Source: Mobula birostris (Eukaryota). Taken from it: a stretch of 64,000 nucleotides of DNA. Below the pieces are notes generated by a model. The model was not told the DNA's origin and made no database searches. It worked only from the letters and a program-made list of their open reading frames with translations. How positions within the stretch are numbered: the first letter of the stretch is position 1; every line of letters starts with the position of its first letter. The position numbers and the translations under genes are program-made. Positions 24,236-37,233 of this stretch are shown piece by piece. The stretch covers positions 39,915,433-39,979,432 of the forward strand of contig NC_092385.1 of the NCBI RefSeq assembly GCF_030028105.1, read 5' to 3'.

Positions 24236-24429
24236 GCTGCAGTGTTTTTCTATTTTTCATTAAATTCTGTTCATTACTTCCAGCATCAAACTTAAAACAG
24301 TTTGTCCAGTCCCGCCGAATAGTTTCGAGCCGAAATGTCAACTGTACATTTTTCCATAGATGCTGCCTGGCCTGCAGAGTTCCTCCAGCATTTAGTGCGT
24401 GTTGAACAATTTGTCCTATTTTTTCAGGT

Positions 24430-24882
24430 TGTGGATGGTGGCATCCACAACCTGAAAAACATCATACTCTTCTGTCAGATGCTTCACACTCACACTGTGT
24501 CAAGTTTCTCCAACAATTTGATTTTCTGTGTTTTAGATAACCATAAATACTTCCTTTGTTCCTTTTCACTATTACTCATACGGGTAACTGCAGCCCTTTT
24601 TGACGTTTTGAACAATATCTTCATAGCACCAAGCAGAGAAGAAGCGCAAAACACATGGTAATCACCGTGAGTAATGCAAGAAGCCTTGGCTATGCTGATT
24701 GCTGAAAACAAACTGTTGCCAACAGGACCCTACTCAGGGTACGTGATCTCACTTCTCACAACTGCCTGTGATGCGGTGCTTCACTTGGGAACCTTCCCAG
24801 TTCCTTGTGGAATTTTCCATTTCTGGCGTCATATCAGCACTCTAAAAAATTTCAGATTTTCAGATAAGCGGTGCCGAGCCTG
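24430..24882 (-). mobile_element. Tigger/pogo DNA transposon 5' fragment
   Basis: KRAAV...RKYLWLSKTQKIKLLEKLD (CENP-B/psq-type HTH start). TIR ...TTCAGATAAGCGGTGCCGAGCCTG followed by TA at 24883-24884. Confidence 0.75.
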
Positions 24883-25412
24883 TATCATGAAACCAACATG
24901 GACCGTGACCCTTTGGCTGGTTCAGAATCTACTGAACGTATTCCAATGCATCCTTGACCCTAGCACCTGGGAGGCAACAAAGCATCCTGAATTGTTGCTC
25001 ACAGTCACAGAAATGCTTGTCCATCTCTCTGACAATCATGTCCCTTATCACTACTGCCCATCTAAACTGACAGTAAAAAGCAGCTGTTACCACAAAGTAA
25101 CTGTAGCCTCTGTGAAAACAATGCTTCAGACTTGGTATACAAGTGCTGCAGATGTGAACACCTGAAACAGAGCTGATATTTCATTATGCTCACGTGGCAT
25201 CCCTGGACACCATCAGAGAGCAGGCAGGGAATGCACTGCATGGAATCTGCCAGCAAGATTAACCTCCTGCATTTGGGAGTTCATATGCCACAGTCAAACC
25301 TGCTGACACTTTCCAGCAAGTTTCAGTCCATTTTGAACCTGCCCTCTACCTCTTTGATACCAGAGATAAGTGATTTCACAGCATCTTTTATCTGAAGTCT
25401 CACTCATGGACC

Positions 25413-25696
25413 CATTCGACTAGCAACCTGAAGTTCGTGAGTTCGAGCCCCAGCCCAGGCAGCATGCTGTGTCCTTGAGCAAGGCACTTAACCAGTCAGT
25501 GCTCTGTGATGACACTGGTGCCAAGCTGTACCGGCCCATGCCCTTCCCTTGGACAATATTGGTGTTGTGGAGAGGGGAGACTTGCAGCATGGGCAACTGC
25601 CGGTCTTCCATACAACCTTGCCCAGGCCTGCGCACTGGAGAGTGAAGACTTTCCAGGCGCAGATCCATGGTCTCGCAAGACTGATGGATGCCTTAA
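25413..25696 (+). mobile_element. 5'-truncated tRNA-derived SINE with RTE-like 3' end
   Basis: B-box GTTCGAGCC and core TGTGTCCTTGAGCAAGGCACTTAACC. 11-bp TSD ACTCATGGACC at 25402-25412 and 25697-25707. Confidence 0.8.
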
Positions 25697-25789
25697 ACTC
25701 ATGGACCGCAGAAATATCAAGTGATCACGTTGATATCAGGTTAATCTACATCTGCCAATTTATCAAATTCACTTAGTCTAGTGAAATGG

Positions 25790-26765
25790 ACCATAAGGTA
25801 TTGGAGCAGAATTGGGCCACTTGGCCTATTAAGTCTGCTAGACTATTCAGTCATGGCTGATTTATTTTCCATCTCAATCCCATTCGCCTGCCTTCTCCCC
25901 ATTACCTTTGACATCCTTACTAATCAAGGACCTATCAACCTCCATTTTAAATATACCTCATTACTTGGGCAGTCTGGGCAATGAATTTCACAGATTTATC
26001 ACCCTCTGGCTAAAGAAATCCCTCATCATCTCTGTCCTAAAGGGTGTCCTTCTATTCTAAGGCTGTGCTCTCAGGTCCTAGACACCTCAGTATTGGAAAC
26101 ATTCTTTCCACGTCCACTCTACCTAGGCCTTCCAATATTCGGTAGGTTTTAATAAAATTCCCGCCCCCCCCCCCCCCTCAGTTTTCTAAACTCCAGCAAG
26201 TATAGGCCCATAGCTATCAAATGCTCCTCAGACATTAGCCCTTTCAATCCTGGGATTATTCTTGTGAACCTCCTCTGGACCCTCTCCAATGCCAGCATAT
26301 CCTTTCTGAAATAAGGGGCCCAAAATGCTCACAATATTCCAAGTGTGTTCTGACCAACGCCTTATAAAGGCTCAGTATTACACCACTAATGATCTTGAAA
26401 GATCATTACTAATGCCTCCATAATCTTTTCATCTACCTCTAGAACCTTGGGTGAGGTCCATTTGCTGCCTTATCTACCTTCAGACCTTTCAGCTTCTCTA
26501 ACATCTTCCCTTTAATAACAGTGACTACACACACGTCTGCCTCCTGACACTCTCAAATTCCTGGCACGCTGCTGGTGTCTTCCACAGTGAAGACTGATGC
26601 AAAATACTAATTCAGTTTGTCTGTGACTTCTTTATCCCCCATTACTACCTCTTCACGATTATTTTCCAGTAATCCGATGTCCACTCTTGCTTCTCTTTTA
26701 CTTTTGATATATTTGGAAAAAAATTGCTATCCTCTTATATCATTGGGAAGCTTGCCTTCATATTA
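25790..26765 (-). mobile_element. CR1 LINE fragments with a large internal deletion
   Basis: Reverse-complement CR1 3' end (25790-26385) joined to a more 5' ORF2 segment. Confidence 0.8.
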
Positions 26766-26769
26766 CAGA

Positions 26770-27160
26770 GGTTGAATATTCATTCTACAGAGGTTGTATT
26801 GACAGCATCCCGAGCAGCTGCATCACTGCCTGGTTCGGAAATTGCACCATCTTGGATCACAAGACACTGCAGCAGATAGTGAGATCAGCTGAGAAGATCA
26901 TCGGGGTCTCTCTTCCCGCCATTACACACATTTACACCACACACTGCATCCGCAAAGCGAACAGCATTATGAAGGACCCCATGCACCCCTCATACAAACT
27001 CTTCTCCCTCCTGCCATCTGGGAAAAGGCACCGAAGCATTCGGGCTCTCACCACCAGACTATGTAACAGTTTCTTCCCCCAAGCCATCAGACTCCTCAAT
27101 ACCCAGAGCCTGACTTGACACCAACCTACTGCCCTCTACTGTGCCTATTGTCTTGTTTAT
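26770..27160 (+). mobile_element. Rex1/Babar 3' fragment
   Basis: LQQIVRSAEKIIG...KDPMHPSYKLFSLLPSGKR...NSFFPQAIRLLN. Confidence 0.88.
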
Positions 27161-28288
27161 TAGGGGGGGGGGAGATAGAGAGGGAGGGAGGTGGGTGGAG
27201 AGAGTGGGTGGAAGAGCGGGAGAAAATCATTCAGAGCAGGTGCCTGTATCAGCTGGGCCCATATTAATGACCATTAGACTGGCCACTGAGTACCCCACTT
27301 TGCTGTCTCCACCATCAAGACACCAACAGAAAAGTTGCTGTAAGTAAACTAACACTGGAGGACTCTAGGACCTGTAAAGACAACTCTGTATAGACAGCAT
27401 ATCACAAACAGCCTGATGACCCCCCAATGAACAGGAGCCAGTCCACAGTGTATCCACAGGATCTTGACTCCCACCATAATCAGCTCAGAATTTCCACCGG
27501 GAAACACCGGGACTGCTGTGACAAGAAAGACCAGGGGATACAGTAACTCTGGGCGCAAGAATGTTCTCAGATTAGTAGCCCTTCCCTGCCTCATACAAAA
27601 GGGAACATTGTGCCAAGCACCTCACTGCCAAGGTCCAACAGTATATCCAGGACCTAAAAAAGAAACAGTGAGTTGGAAGACAGCAGGAGTTCCAGCAACT
27701 CACTGTGGATCTTTTCTTGCCACCAGAAAACCATTGTACCAGGAACATACGCATACGATTAAAGTAGAAACAGTAAATTAAGTAATTTTTTTAGTTACCT
27801 GAAAAATCCCACATATTTTCAACTATGTTGAGTGCCTAGGTTAGATTAGAGCTCAGCACAGTCTTAAAATGATATCTAGTTATATCAGGTTTAAATAAAA
27901 CATCCTTGTGACATCTTACCATGAGAAAAGTAAATTCCATGAAATCACTTTATTTCAAATGATGTGCTTTGAATGTTGTGGAAAAGCTTATGACATTGCA
28001 GTCAGTAGAAGGATATTAAATCACTGATAGCAACTTCAGATTTTTAACTTCAAGCACATGTTCACAAAGTCGCTATCAGTCTCATCGTGAGGTTATTGTG
28101 AACACTGGTGGTTTAATTGTTACTATCACCACAGATTTAGAGCCATTAAAAAAAATTGAGGCCTTAGTATAAACCCTCAGTGAACCAGTAATCACATCTT
28201 GCCAATGTGAGGATAAACCCAATAGTCCTTCCCAATAGTCCTACTCTTGTCAATGCTCACACTGACTTGAAACAACAATATTTCATCC

Positions 28289-28523
28289 TGTCCAGCTCTT
28301 GGCTCCATCCCTCCCCCTCCTGTCTTCTCCTATCATTTTGGATCTCCCCCTCCCCCTCTCAAATCTCTTACTAACTCTTCCTTCAGTTACTCCTGATGAA
28401 GCATCTCAGCCTGAAACGTCGACTGTACCTCTTCCTAGAGATGCTGCCTAGCCTGCTGCGTTCACCAGCAACTTTGATGTGTGTTGCTTGAATTTCCAGC
28501 ATCTGCAGAATTCCTGTTGTTTG
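28289..28523 (+). mobile_element. Short Penelope pLTR insertion with a hammerhead core
   Basis: CTGATGA...GAAACGTCGACT at ~28393-28424 with mutated helices. TSD AATATTTCATCC at 28277-28288 and 28524-28535. Confidence 0.85.
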
Positions 28524-28679
28524 AATATTTCATCCAGTTGATTTCTACTGCAGACTATCCATCAATTTAGAAATCGCAGAGTAACCTTGTTAAAAGTCTA
28601 CAGGGAAGACAATGATAAAAGAAAAAGCTCTGAAAATAAATAAGGCCACTGACTTGGTACTTCAAGATACCGAAATCAT

Positions 28680-31480
28680 GAAATCAGAGAATAGGTAAAG
28701 CACGGTGTAACTATTCTATGCCAGCTCTATGTAAGAGCAATCTAGTTAGTTCCCATAGCCCCACAGGTTCTTTCGTTTCTGACAATTCCTTTAGATTGTT
28801 TCTAGCACAATTGAATCTGCTGCCACTATTACAGCTGGCAAGACCAAGCCCCAATCACCCATCCCATTAAAATAATTCCATCCTTATTTAACTTTCAGTT
28901 CTTTTGCCTGTTACCTTCATTGTCACCAGGTTTCATCTATCCCATCTATATTTACTGTGATTTTAAAACCTCCTTTCAAATCCTTGTGCAACATTTTGGG
29001 AAAACAATCACAATTTCTCCAGCCTAGGCATTGCTTGGGTCCCTCTTAGCTGGATCCATTTGAGTAGATCTTTTATGTACTCTCTTTTTGACCTTTCCTA
29101 AAGTGTGGCACCCAGAAATGGATGCTATACCCCACTTGTAGCCAGACCAGTATTTTATCAAGGCTCTGTGATTTCCTTACAAGCCTAGGATCATCTCCTG
29201 CATTTTAACTACTTTCCAAATCTGCCCTATCACTTTTGACAAATTCTCACTTTCCAAATTCTTTCCTCTTCCCATTTTTCCTAGGAAAACATAAAACTTC
29301 ACATATTTTAAGAATTAAAATTTCATCCAGTGCCCATCTGCCCTTCCCACCAATTTATACACACATATATTTTAGCATTCACCTCACAGTTCATTATGTG
29401 TCTGAGTTTTCTATGATCTGCAGACTTGGAAATTGCACCCTATACATCCATGTCGATGTTACTAATATATACAATGAAAAACAGTGGTACCAATCCCAGG
29501 AGAACTCCAGTGCATAATTCCTCCTGTCTGAAAAACATCCTTTCACCTTTACTGTTTCTTATTACAAAGTTAATTTTCTAGCAACGTAACAATGGATCCT
29601 CTTATTTCATGGGCTTCAATCTTGGGAAGTTCACATATACCGCATCAACCACACTTGTCTCATGATACCGTTGGTTACTTTATCAACATAATTCTATCAA
29701 GCTAGTTCAACACAATTTGCCTTTCATGTTAGACCATTAGCAAAGCATAATGGTCTAACTTACTGCTAATTCTGTCCCTAATTATTGTTTCTGGAACTTT
29801 TGCTCACCATGAAGATTTGACTGAATGGTCTGTAATTACTAGATGTATCTCCGATTTTTTTGGTGCAGATTTGCAGGTTTCTCACTTTCAGACATTAGCT
29901 CTAAATCCACAGCTGTTTGGAAGATTATAACGGATACACTTACAACTTTCTTGAGCAACCTTTGAAATATTTCATGTGGATCAGGTGATTTATCCACTTT
30001 AAGTGCAGTTAACATTATTATTACTTCCTCTTTCATTTTTTTTTGCCCATGCAGAATCTGTTATCCATTGTTGAGACTCCCTGGTAAAAACTGATGTATT
30101 GTTTCATTTAGTACCTCAGCCATAATTTCTGCCTCCAAAGTCTTTAGCTCTCTGAACAGTCCCACCTCTCTGCCGGCTAATGGATTTCTTTTTTTATTCT
30201 CTTTTACATATTCTGCTAATCTTTTCTTATGCTCTCTCTGTTTCTCTACCTTCACTTTTTAAATTTCTCTCTGAAATATCCATAATCAGCTTGGCCCTCA
30301 CTTATGTTAACAAAGTGCCATTTGCCATATGTTCTTTTTCTTCAAATTTTGGCCACCTATGCTATTATAGGTTAAAGTTTCCTGCCTGGGATATATCTAG
30401 ACCATGAAGGTCTCTAATAGGTCAATACCTAGCAGTCTTCCATTCCAAATCCTTGGCCCAGATCTGTTCTCATCTCATAACTGGTCCTTCTCCAAGAGAC
30501 TTTAAAAAAAAAATGTAATCCCTTTCACTGTTCCAATCCATAAGATATTATGATAGCCATTTCCTACATGTTTCCTCCCTGATAACTGTTCCACATGGCC
30601 TGGCATATTTCCCAGAACTTTGTCTAGCACTGGCAATTTCCTCATTGGGTCAGAAATGTAATGATCAAGAAAGGTCCCCTGAACAAACTTTAAAGCACTT
30701 TGCTCTCTATAGCTATTCCAATCCTTTATCTGAACTGTTGAATTTTCTCACTATCATTGTGTCTTTTGTATATTTGTAGTTTCCCTTAAAAATTTGCTCC
30801 TCAACATCTTTTCCAAAAGCTGCTAGCCTGTAGAACCGTCCGTGCAATGTATTCTCCCCTCTGCTATTTCCTAACTTTAGGCAGATACATTCTGTTTTTG
30901 ATCATTTCTTTCTTGAGGACTCTAATGTTCCTGTTAATTAATAACCGCCATATATCCTCCTTTCTTCCCTGCCCTATCTATTGAACATTTTGTATCTAGG
31001 AGCATGTAGGACCAATTCCTTCACTTTCTAGCCAATCTTCACATAGCTTATTCTACTATAGCTCACTTACTGCATTTATTATCAAGAACAGTAACATATA
31101 TCAAAGCTTCTTGCATCTTCTTTTTCTCTGATACTGACTAAACACTACCTATTTCTTGCTCTGGAGCCATTTATCTCTTCAAATCTTTCTTGGACTTTTC
31201 ATTTTGTTTTAAACACTATGTTCCGATGTCTATCCCGCTATCAAAATTAGCTTAACACCGCTCTCCAATGACTAGTTTTTATCCCCCTGAGAACATTGGT
31301 CTGAGTGTAAATGTATCTAGCCTACACATATTCCACCTTCCCGAGAAAAAGCTCCAATGCGTGCGGAAGCTCCCCACCCTGCACCATCTCAGTCCTTTTA
31401 TTAGCGCAGTACTTCAATTTCTATGCTCATTGGCACTGGCTCAGAGAGTAATCTAGATGTTACAAGCATCGAGATACTGC
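28680..31480 (-). mobile_element. Ancient, long, heavily decayed CR1
   Basis: Remnants LKVDKSPDPHEIFQRLLK, KRLAEYVKENKK and other ORF2 text in collinear order. Confidence 0.7.
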
Positions 31481-31680
31481 TTCCTATCCCTTTTTAACTT
31501 GTTAAAATCTACTATGCATCCTCTTCCCTCCTCTGCTCCAGATTGACAACTCAGTATAAATGGTTTTATTGTTTTGTACATGTATGTTTATGAACAAGAT
31601 AAACCACTGCTGATCAATACAGCAATTTTCCAGTTTACTTCCTTTCTTTGTCAAGCATGTTTCTCCATATTGTTACAAGC

Positions 31681-31806
31681 TCAGAGACATGATTGAAGCA
31701 AAGGCAGGACAGGCAACTCAATGTTCCATGGTACAGGTGCTTCTGGTACTTTAGGGGAGGGAGTACAAGAAGGAGGGGGCATTGCAAAGTTGCTGAAGAA
31801 AATCAC
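31681..31806 (-). CDS. Candidate terminal coding exon of an unannotated small gene (exon D)
   Basis: Acceptor cttctttcctgcacAG (AG at 31807-31808). Phase-0 reading VIFFSNFAMPPPSCTPSPKVPEAPVPWNIELPVLPLLQSCL*. Minus-strand AATAAA at 31565-31570. Confidence 0.35.
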   Translation of the reverse strand: MIFFSNFAMPPPSCTPSPKVPEAPVPWNIELPVLPLLQSCL

Positions 31807-32102
31807 CTGTGCAGGAAAGAAGTATGCCTTGAAAGGCTCTTCAAATGAGGTCATCTTTTTAGTAAAGATGGGGCATTCAGCTTGCCCGAGTTACACCACA
31901 AACCTCCAGCAGGCAGCTGGAGATAGACCAAATATGTAAGCAAGCCTCAGAGCGGTGGAAGAACAAAAGGATTCCAGTAATACAGAATTTTTAAACAAAT
32001 TGTTTGACAGTCTTTGTTAGCATGTAGGTTTTCACTGATGCAGTTGCACCTGCTGTGAATGCCTGTAAGAAAATGAATCACAGGGTAGTATATGGTGATA
32101 TA

Positions 32103-32584
32103 TGAGGGGTAATTGATAAGTTTGTGGCCTAACGGAGAAGGAGTCAATTTTAGAAAACCTAGCACATTTATTTTTCCTACATTTACACACTTAGTCCAGT
32201 GGTCGTGGAGCATACGGATCACTTCTTTGTAGAAGTCAGTGTCTTGGACCTCCAGAAGTGGTCACAGCAGGGGTGATTGATAAGTTCGTGGCCAAAGATA
32301 GAAGCAGATGAATTATTAACTTCAAACTTTCTGCATTATCACTCAAAGAGTTGACCTGCACGTGCATGTAACGAGAACTGTATAACTCATCTCCTTCCAC
32401 CCTAGGCCACACACTTATCAATCACCCCTGCTGTGGACCACTTCTACAAAGAAGGGATCCATATGCTCCACGACCGCTGGACTAAGTGTACATGTAGGAG
32501 GGGCTATGTTGAAGAATAAATGTGCTAGGTTTTCTAAAATTGACTCCTTCTACCCTAGGCCACGAACTTATCAATCACCCCTCA
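32103..32584. mobile_element. Mariner-type MITE with nested inverted repeats, inserted at TA in a Rex1-type tail
   Basis: TIR TGAGGGGT(A/G)ATTGATAAGTT at both ends, TA at 32101-32102 and 32585-32586. Internal TIR copies at ~32270 and ~32390-32428. Confidence 0.9.
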
Positions 32585-32965
32585 TATATGTACTTCGATA
32601 ATAAATTTACTTTGAACTTTTTCAATTTCCTCAGTACTAACCAGAAGAAGAAAAAAAAAATGCTGAAGGAACTCAGAGGGTCAGGTTGTATCTGCAAAGG
32701 GAAATGGACAGTCAATGTGTCAGGTGGCAACCTTTCACCTGCACTGGGTGGTCCAAAAGATTACAGCCTACAAAATCCCAGGCAATATAGCAAATTGGAT
32801 TCAAGGTTTTCGTTGTATGCTTTTGTAATTGGAAACCTCTGATTAGTAGTGTACCACAGTGTTGAGATCTTCACAGTTTTACATACACCGTAATAATTTC
32901 TATATGAATGTGGGAGGTATGATTTGCAGATGAATGAAAATTAGTGGTGATGTTGATATTGAGGA

Positions 32966-34158
32966 ATACATACAAAATGCTGTAGGAAATCAGCAAGTCA
33001 AGCAACATCTATAGAGGAGATTAAACAGTTGACATTTTGGCCAAGACTCATTTCCTTCCATCACTATCAACACTGCTCTCACATGCATTTCCCATGCATC
33101 TGCTCTTACCCCATACTCCCATCCTCAAAACAGAGATGGGTTCCTCTTGTCCTTATGTTCCACCCACGAGCCTCCGGACCCCGCACACCACTCTCTGTAA
33201 CTTCTGGCATCTCTAATGGGATCCTACTACTAAGCATGTCTTTCCCTCCCCCTCCCCTCTCTGTTTTCCATAGGGATCACTCTCTCTGTGACCTCCTTGT
33301 CCATTCATCCACCTCCACTTATCTCCCTCCTGATACTTATCCATGCATGTGGTACAAGTGTTACACCTGCCCCTGCACCATTTAGGGCCCCTGACAGCCC
33401 TTCCAGGTAAGGCAATACTTCACCTACGAATTTGGTGAAGGCACTTATTGTATATGGTGCTCCTAGTAGGGCCTCTTCTACAATGTGAGATCTGACGTAG
33501 ATCAAGGGACCACTTTGTCAAGCCCCTTTGCTCTGTCCAGCACAAAAGGGAAGATCTCATGGTCACCCATTTCAATTCGACTTCCCATTCCTATGTGCCT
33601 GCCCAGGCCCTTCACTACTGTCACGATGAGGCCACACTCAGGTTGAAGAAGCAACGCCTCAAATTCCGTCCAGGTACCTTCCAATCTAATGCATGAACAT
33701 CAACTTTTCCAACTTCCAGTAATCTCTCCCCTTTCCCTCTTTTTCTATTCCCCATTGTGGCTACTCCCTCTTCTCCTCACCTGTCTATTACTTCCATCTG
33801 GTTTCCCTCCTCCTTCCCTTTCTTCAATAATCCTCCATCTTTTCCTATCAGATTCCTTCTTCTTCAGATGTTTACCTCTTCCACTTATTCCCTCACAACT
33901 ATTTACTTCATTCTTCCTCTCCCACCCACCCACCTTCCCCCTCATCTGGTCTTATCTATCACCTGCCAGATTGAACTTCTTCCCCTCCGCTTCTTATTCA
34001 GATTTCTGCCCCTTTCCTTTCTAATCCTGATGTAGTCCATCAGTTTTTGGCCTGAAACATTAACTGTTTATTCCCCCTCGTAGATGCTTCTTGACTTGCT
34101 GAGTTCCTCAACAATTTGTTTGTGTTGCTTGAGATTTCCAGCATCTGCAGAAGTTTTT
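32966..34158 (+). mobile_element. Decayed Penelope-like element with inverted 5' pLTR, nested in an old CR1 (~32750-34890)
   Basis: VPLVLMFHP, TYPCMWYKCYTCP, GIY-YIG remnants, CT-rich tail. Inverted pLTR piece at ~32966-33050. Confidence 0.85.
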
Positions 34159-34889
34159 TGATAGCAAGGAAGATGGTCTTAGGTTACAAAATGACTTCCT
34201 CCCGCTGCTAAGTTGAGCAGTGCAACAGCAGATGGAGGCTCGTCCCGGAAAATATAGGGTAATGCACACTGGGTGACAGTAAGTGGAGGACATACACCAA
34301 GAATGACATAGCTCTGGGAGTATTGAGGGATGAAGGTACCTTGATGTACAAGTCTTAGATTGTTGAAGGTGGCAGTACAGGTATTAAGGTGATGTAGAAG
34401 ATATTTGGGTTACTTCATTACCTTGGACACAGAATACAAGAACATAGAATTCATGGTATAACTTCAGCAAATTTTGGTTAGGCTGAAATATTGCAGATCA
34501 CTTTGGTTGCCACTCTATAGGAAGGATGTGGTTTCAGGCAGAGAAGATTCATCAGGATGTGGCCTGATATGGAATATTTCAGTTAGGAGTCTGGATAGGG
34601 TAAGCTTGTTTATCTTGGGTGGGGGGGGGGTGGAGGCGCGCACAAAGTCGATATTAACAGACTTTCCTCAATGACAGATGTCCAAGACTAGAGGGCAAGG
34701 ATTTAAGATGAAGAGTACGGGAGCTAGAGGGGATCAAAGGTTTTTTTTCCCTCTTTACTACCTGGTTCCGATCTGGAATGTGCTACCTGAGATGATGGAA
34801 GCAGGTAGCTGCACATTTAAGTATCTGTGCGATGTCATTCTAACGTCATTGCACAGGTCTCAGGCCAATTGCAGGTAAATGGGATGAGC

Positions 34890-35290
34890 CAAGAGTACAG
34901 ATGCTGGAAATCTTGAGAGCAACACACCCAAAACACTGAGGGAACTGAGCAGAATCTACGGAAGGAAATGGAGCAGTCGTTTCGGCCCAAGACCCTCCAT
35001 CAGGACAGGAAAGGAAGAAGGCAGAAGCAAAAAATAGAAGGTAGGGGGAGAGGACGGAGCACAATATAGCAGATTGTAAGCAAATCCAGATGAGAGGGCG
35101 AGGTAGGCGGGTGGGTGAAGGGAAATGCACAACAAGGATGTGAGAAGCTGGATGATAGGTGGAAGGAGCAAAGGGCTGGATCTGAGAGGAGAGAATTATA
35201 AGGCGAGTTGGAGACACAAAAGGCTGCGAATGCCGTAATTCTGAGCAACAAGTTACTACGGGAACTTTGGAGGGATGAGTTGATGGTCGG
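34890..35290 (-). mobile_element. Penelope pLTR/3' fragment
   Basis: Reverse complement of the pLTR and an AG-rich tract. Degenerate hammerhead CTGATGG...GAAAC. Confidence 0.7.
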
Positions 35291-35827
35291 TATGGACACG
35301 GTTGGGCCGAAAGACCCGATCCTGAATCATATAACTGCATTAATAAACTCAGACTGTGTGCATGTTAACGCTCCAATCGCCACATATATTTCCCAGTCAT
35401 CATTCCGCTATCTCGCTGCTGGCGTTGTGACGATTTGGTGCCGATGGGCGGTCTGGAGTCAATTCATTACCGGATTGTCAGGAACCAGTCTCTATTCACG
35501 TAAACTGCACAGATCCTCAAAGGACACAGTCATCTCAGTGTTCTTTTAACAAGGGATTGTGCACAATGGGATGCGAGAGAGAGAGCGAAATAAAAACAAA
35601 AGACACTCAAACGATTTCTAGTGAAGCGGAGAAAACAGGCGATTTCAAAATTAAAGAGCTAAGGGTCAACGTTTCACGTGTGTGGCCTCTTGTTAGGGCG
35701 TGTAACACGAGATAATCGACCTAACTCGCTAAACGCTGCTTCCTCCATCTACAGATGTTAGCTGATCTGTTGTGTCTTCACCGTTATCGGCATTGTTTCT
35801 TTTTGCAGCACAGATTGCAATACCTAC

Positions 35828-35960
35828 CGTACCGTTCCACCTCGGAGCAGAGATCGGGGACTTTGACCGATCGCTGACTGGTTTGCGAGACCCAATGTGT
35901 GAACCAGGTGGTGTGAGCTGCCCCGACCGAGAACACTGCAGCGCTCCGACACCTGTCACC
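35828..35960 (-). CDS. Candidate internal coding exon (exon C) of an unannotated small gene
   Basis: Acceptor ttgcattttctccAG, donor ACG|GTAGGT, 133 nt. Open in the frame set by the ATG at 36461. Confidence 0.4.
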
Positions 35961-36450
35961 CTGGAGAAAATGCAACAATTAAACTTTGGAGAGCGCAATT
36001 TAGAAACTGATTTCAGCGCTTCTTTCGCTATTTTCTCTTACTCTGGGGTTTGGCAATTTCGGAAATAAACGGCAGGAGCTGCACATGTTTGAAATTAAGT
36101 TCCAACTGATTCTGCAGTTGTTTAACTCCCCAGTGTGCGATAACGATCATCAATCGACTTATTACTGCACTTACACGCATTCCGCCCAGGAAATGCCGTG
36201 GAATTGTATAAACAAACGCTGCCTCATTTCACAGGCAGCTCACACGCTGAACTCACCAGTTTTCTGCAAAATGACACCTCAGTACAAATTGTCGAGATGC
36301 GCACACTGACGCATTAAGTATAGTGCGGCATCAATTGCGTGTGAAATTGCGCACTGAACCTAGCGAAATCTGGTTCGCTTCACGTTCAGCATCATTTCCA
36401 GACCAGCCTTTAGGTCATGCAATTGAATCAGAACGCTTTCACTGCCTTAC

Positions 36451-36510
36451 CGTTTCTGCATGTAATGTACGCCTCGATGACGACGAACCGTGTCTTATTT
36501 AGATGACGGA
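36451..36510 (-). other. Candidate exon B containing the start codon (ATG at 36461-36459)
   Basis: Branch-point-like TACTGAC about 32 nt upstream of an AAG acceptor, donor ACG|GTAAGG, in-frame TAA upstream of the ATG. Confidence 0.4.
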
Positions 36511-37151
36511 CTTTGGTAAAATAGTACAATCAAAGACGACTGTCAGTATGTTCTTTCATGCATTCAAAAGGAATTGTCATTGATATTAATGCGGTAGATT
36601 TCTGCAAGCCCGCCCAAGGGGTTTACTCACGAATCTAGATTTCACGAAGAAGTCTAATTAAATAGAATTAAGAACCAGAAACTATCAGAATAAAAAAAAT
36701 TAACGTATATTGTTGAACAGAACCCATTCATTAGACAAGCTCAGCGATCTGCTTCCACATTTCATTCATTGCCGGATCAAAACCGAAATCGGCATCGGCA
36801 AGCAAAAACCAGCAGTGACTTAAATATGTGAAATATTTAAATTGGTCCACTTTGATCTTATTCCAAAGTGCAAGATACAGACTCTTGGAAAGCGGCAGGA
36901 CCACGTGAAAATGAAAGTGATGGTGGTGAATTTAGTCGGAGGTTTAGTTACATCAAAAGCGGATGAACTGAAACATGCTCTTACTTGGTGCTATCTAAAC
37001 AGTCTGGAGTACTCACCATTCCCATAACACGGCAGGACGAAGGAACTACTCATAAGAACCCTTACAACTGTTTGGCGTACACTTCTGCGTTCCTAACTTT
37101 CTTGACGCAGATTTAAGTAGTCAATGATGATCCTGAATGCAAAATTAGGAA

Positions 37152-37233
37152 AAACGTGGTTCCCAACCTGGGTTCCGCGGACCCCTCGGTTAATCGTAAG
37201 GATCCATGGAATAAAAAAGGTTGGGAATCCCTG
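37152..37233. mobile_element. ~82-bp hAT (Buster/Charlie-type) MITE
   Basis: GGTTCCCAACC...GGTTGGGAATCCCTG termini. Reverse-orientation sister of 49239-49321. Confidence 0.75.
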
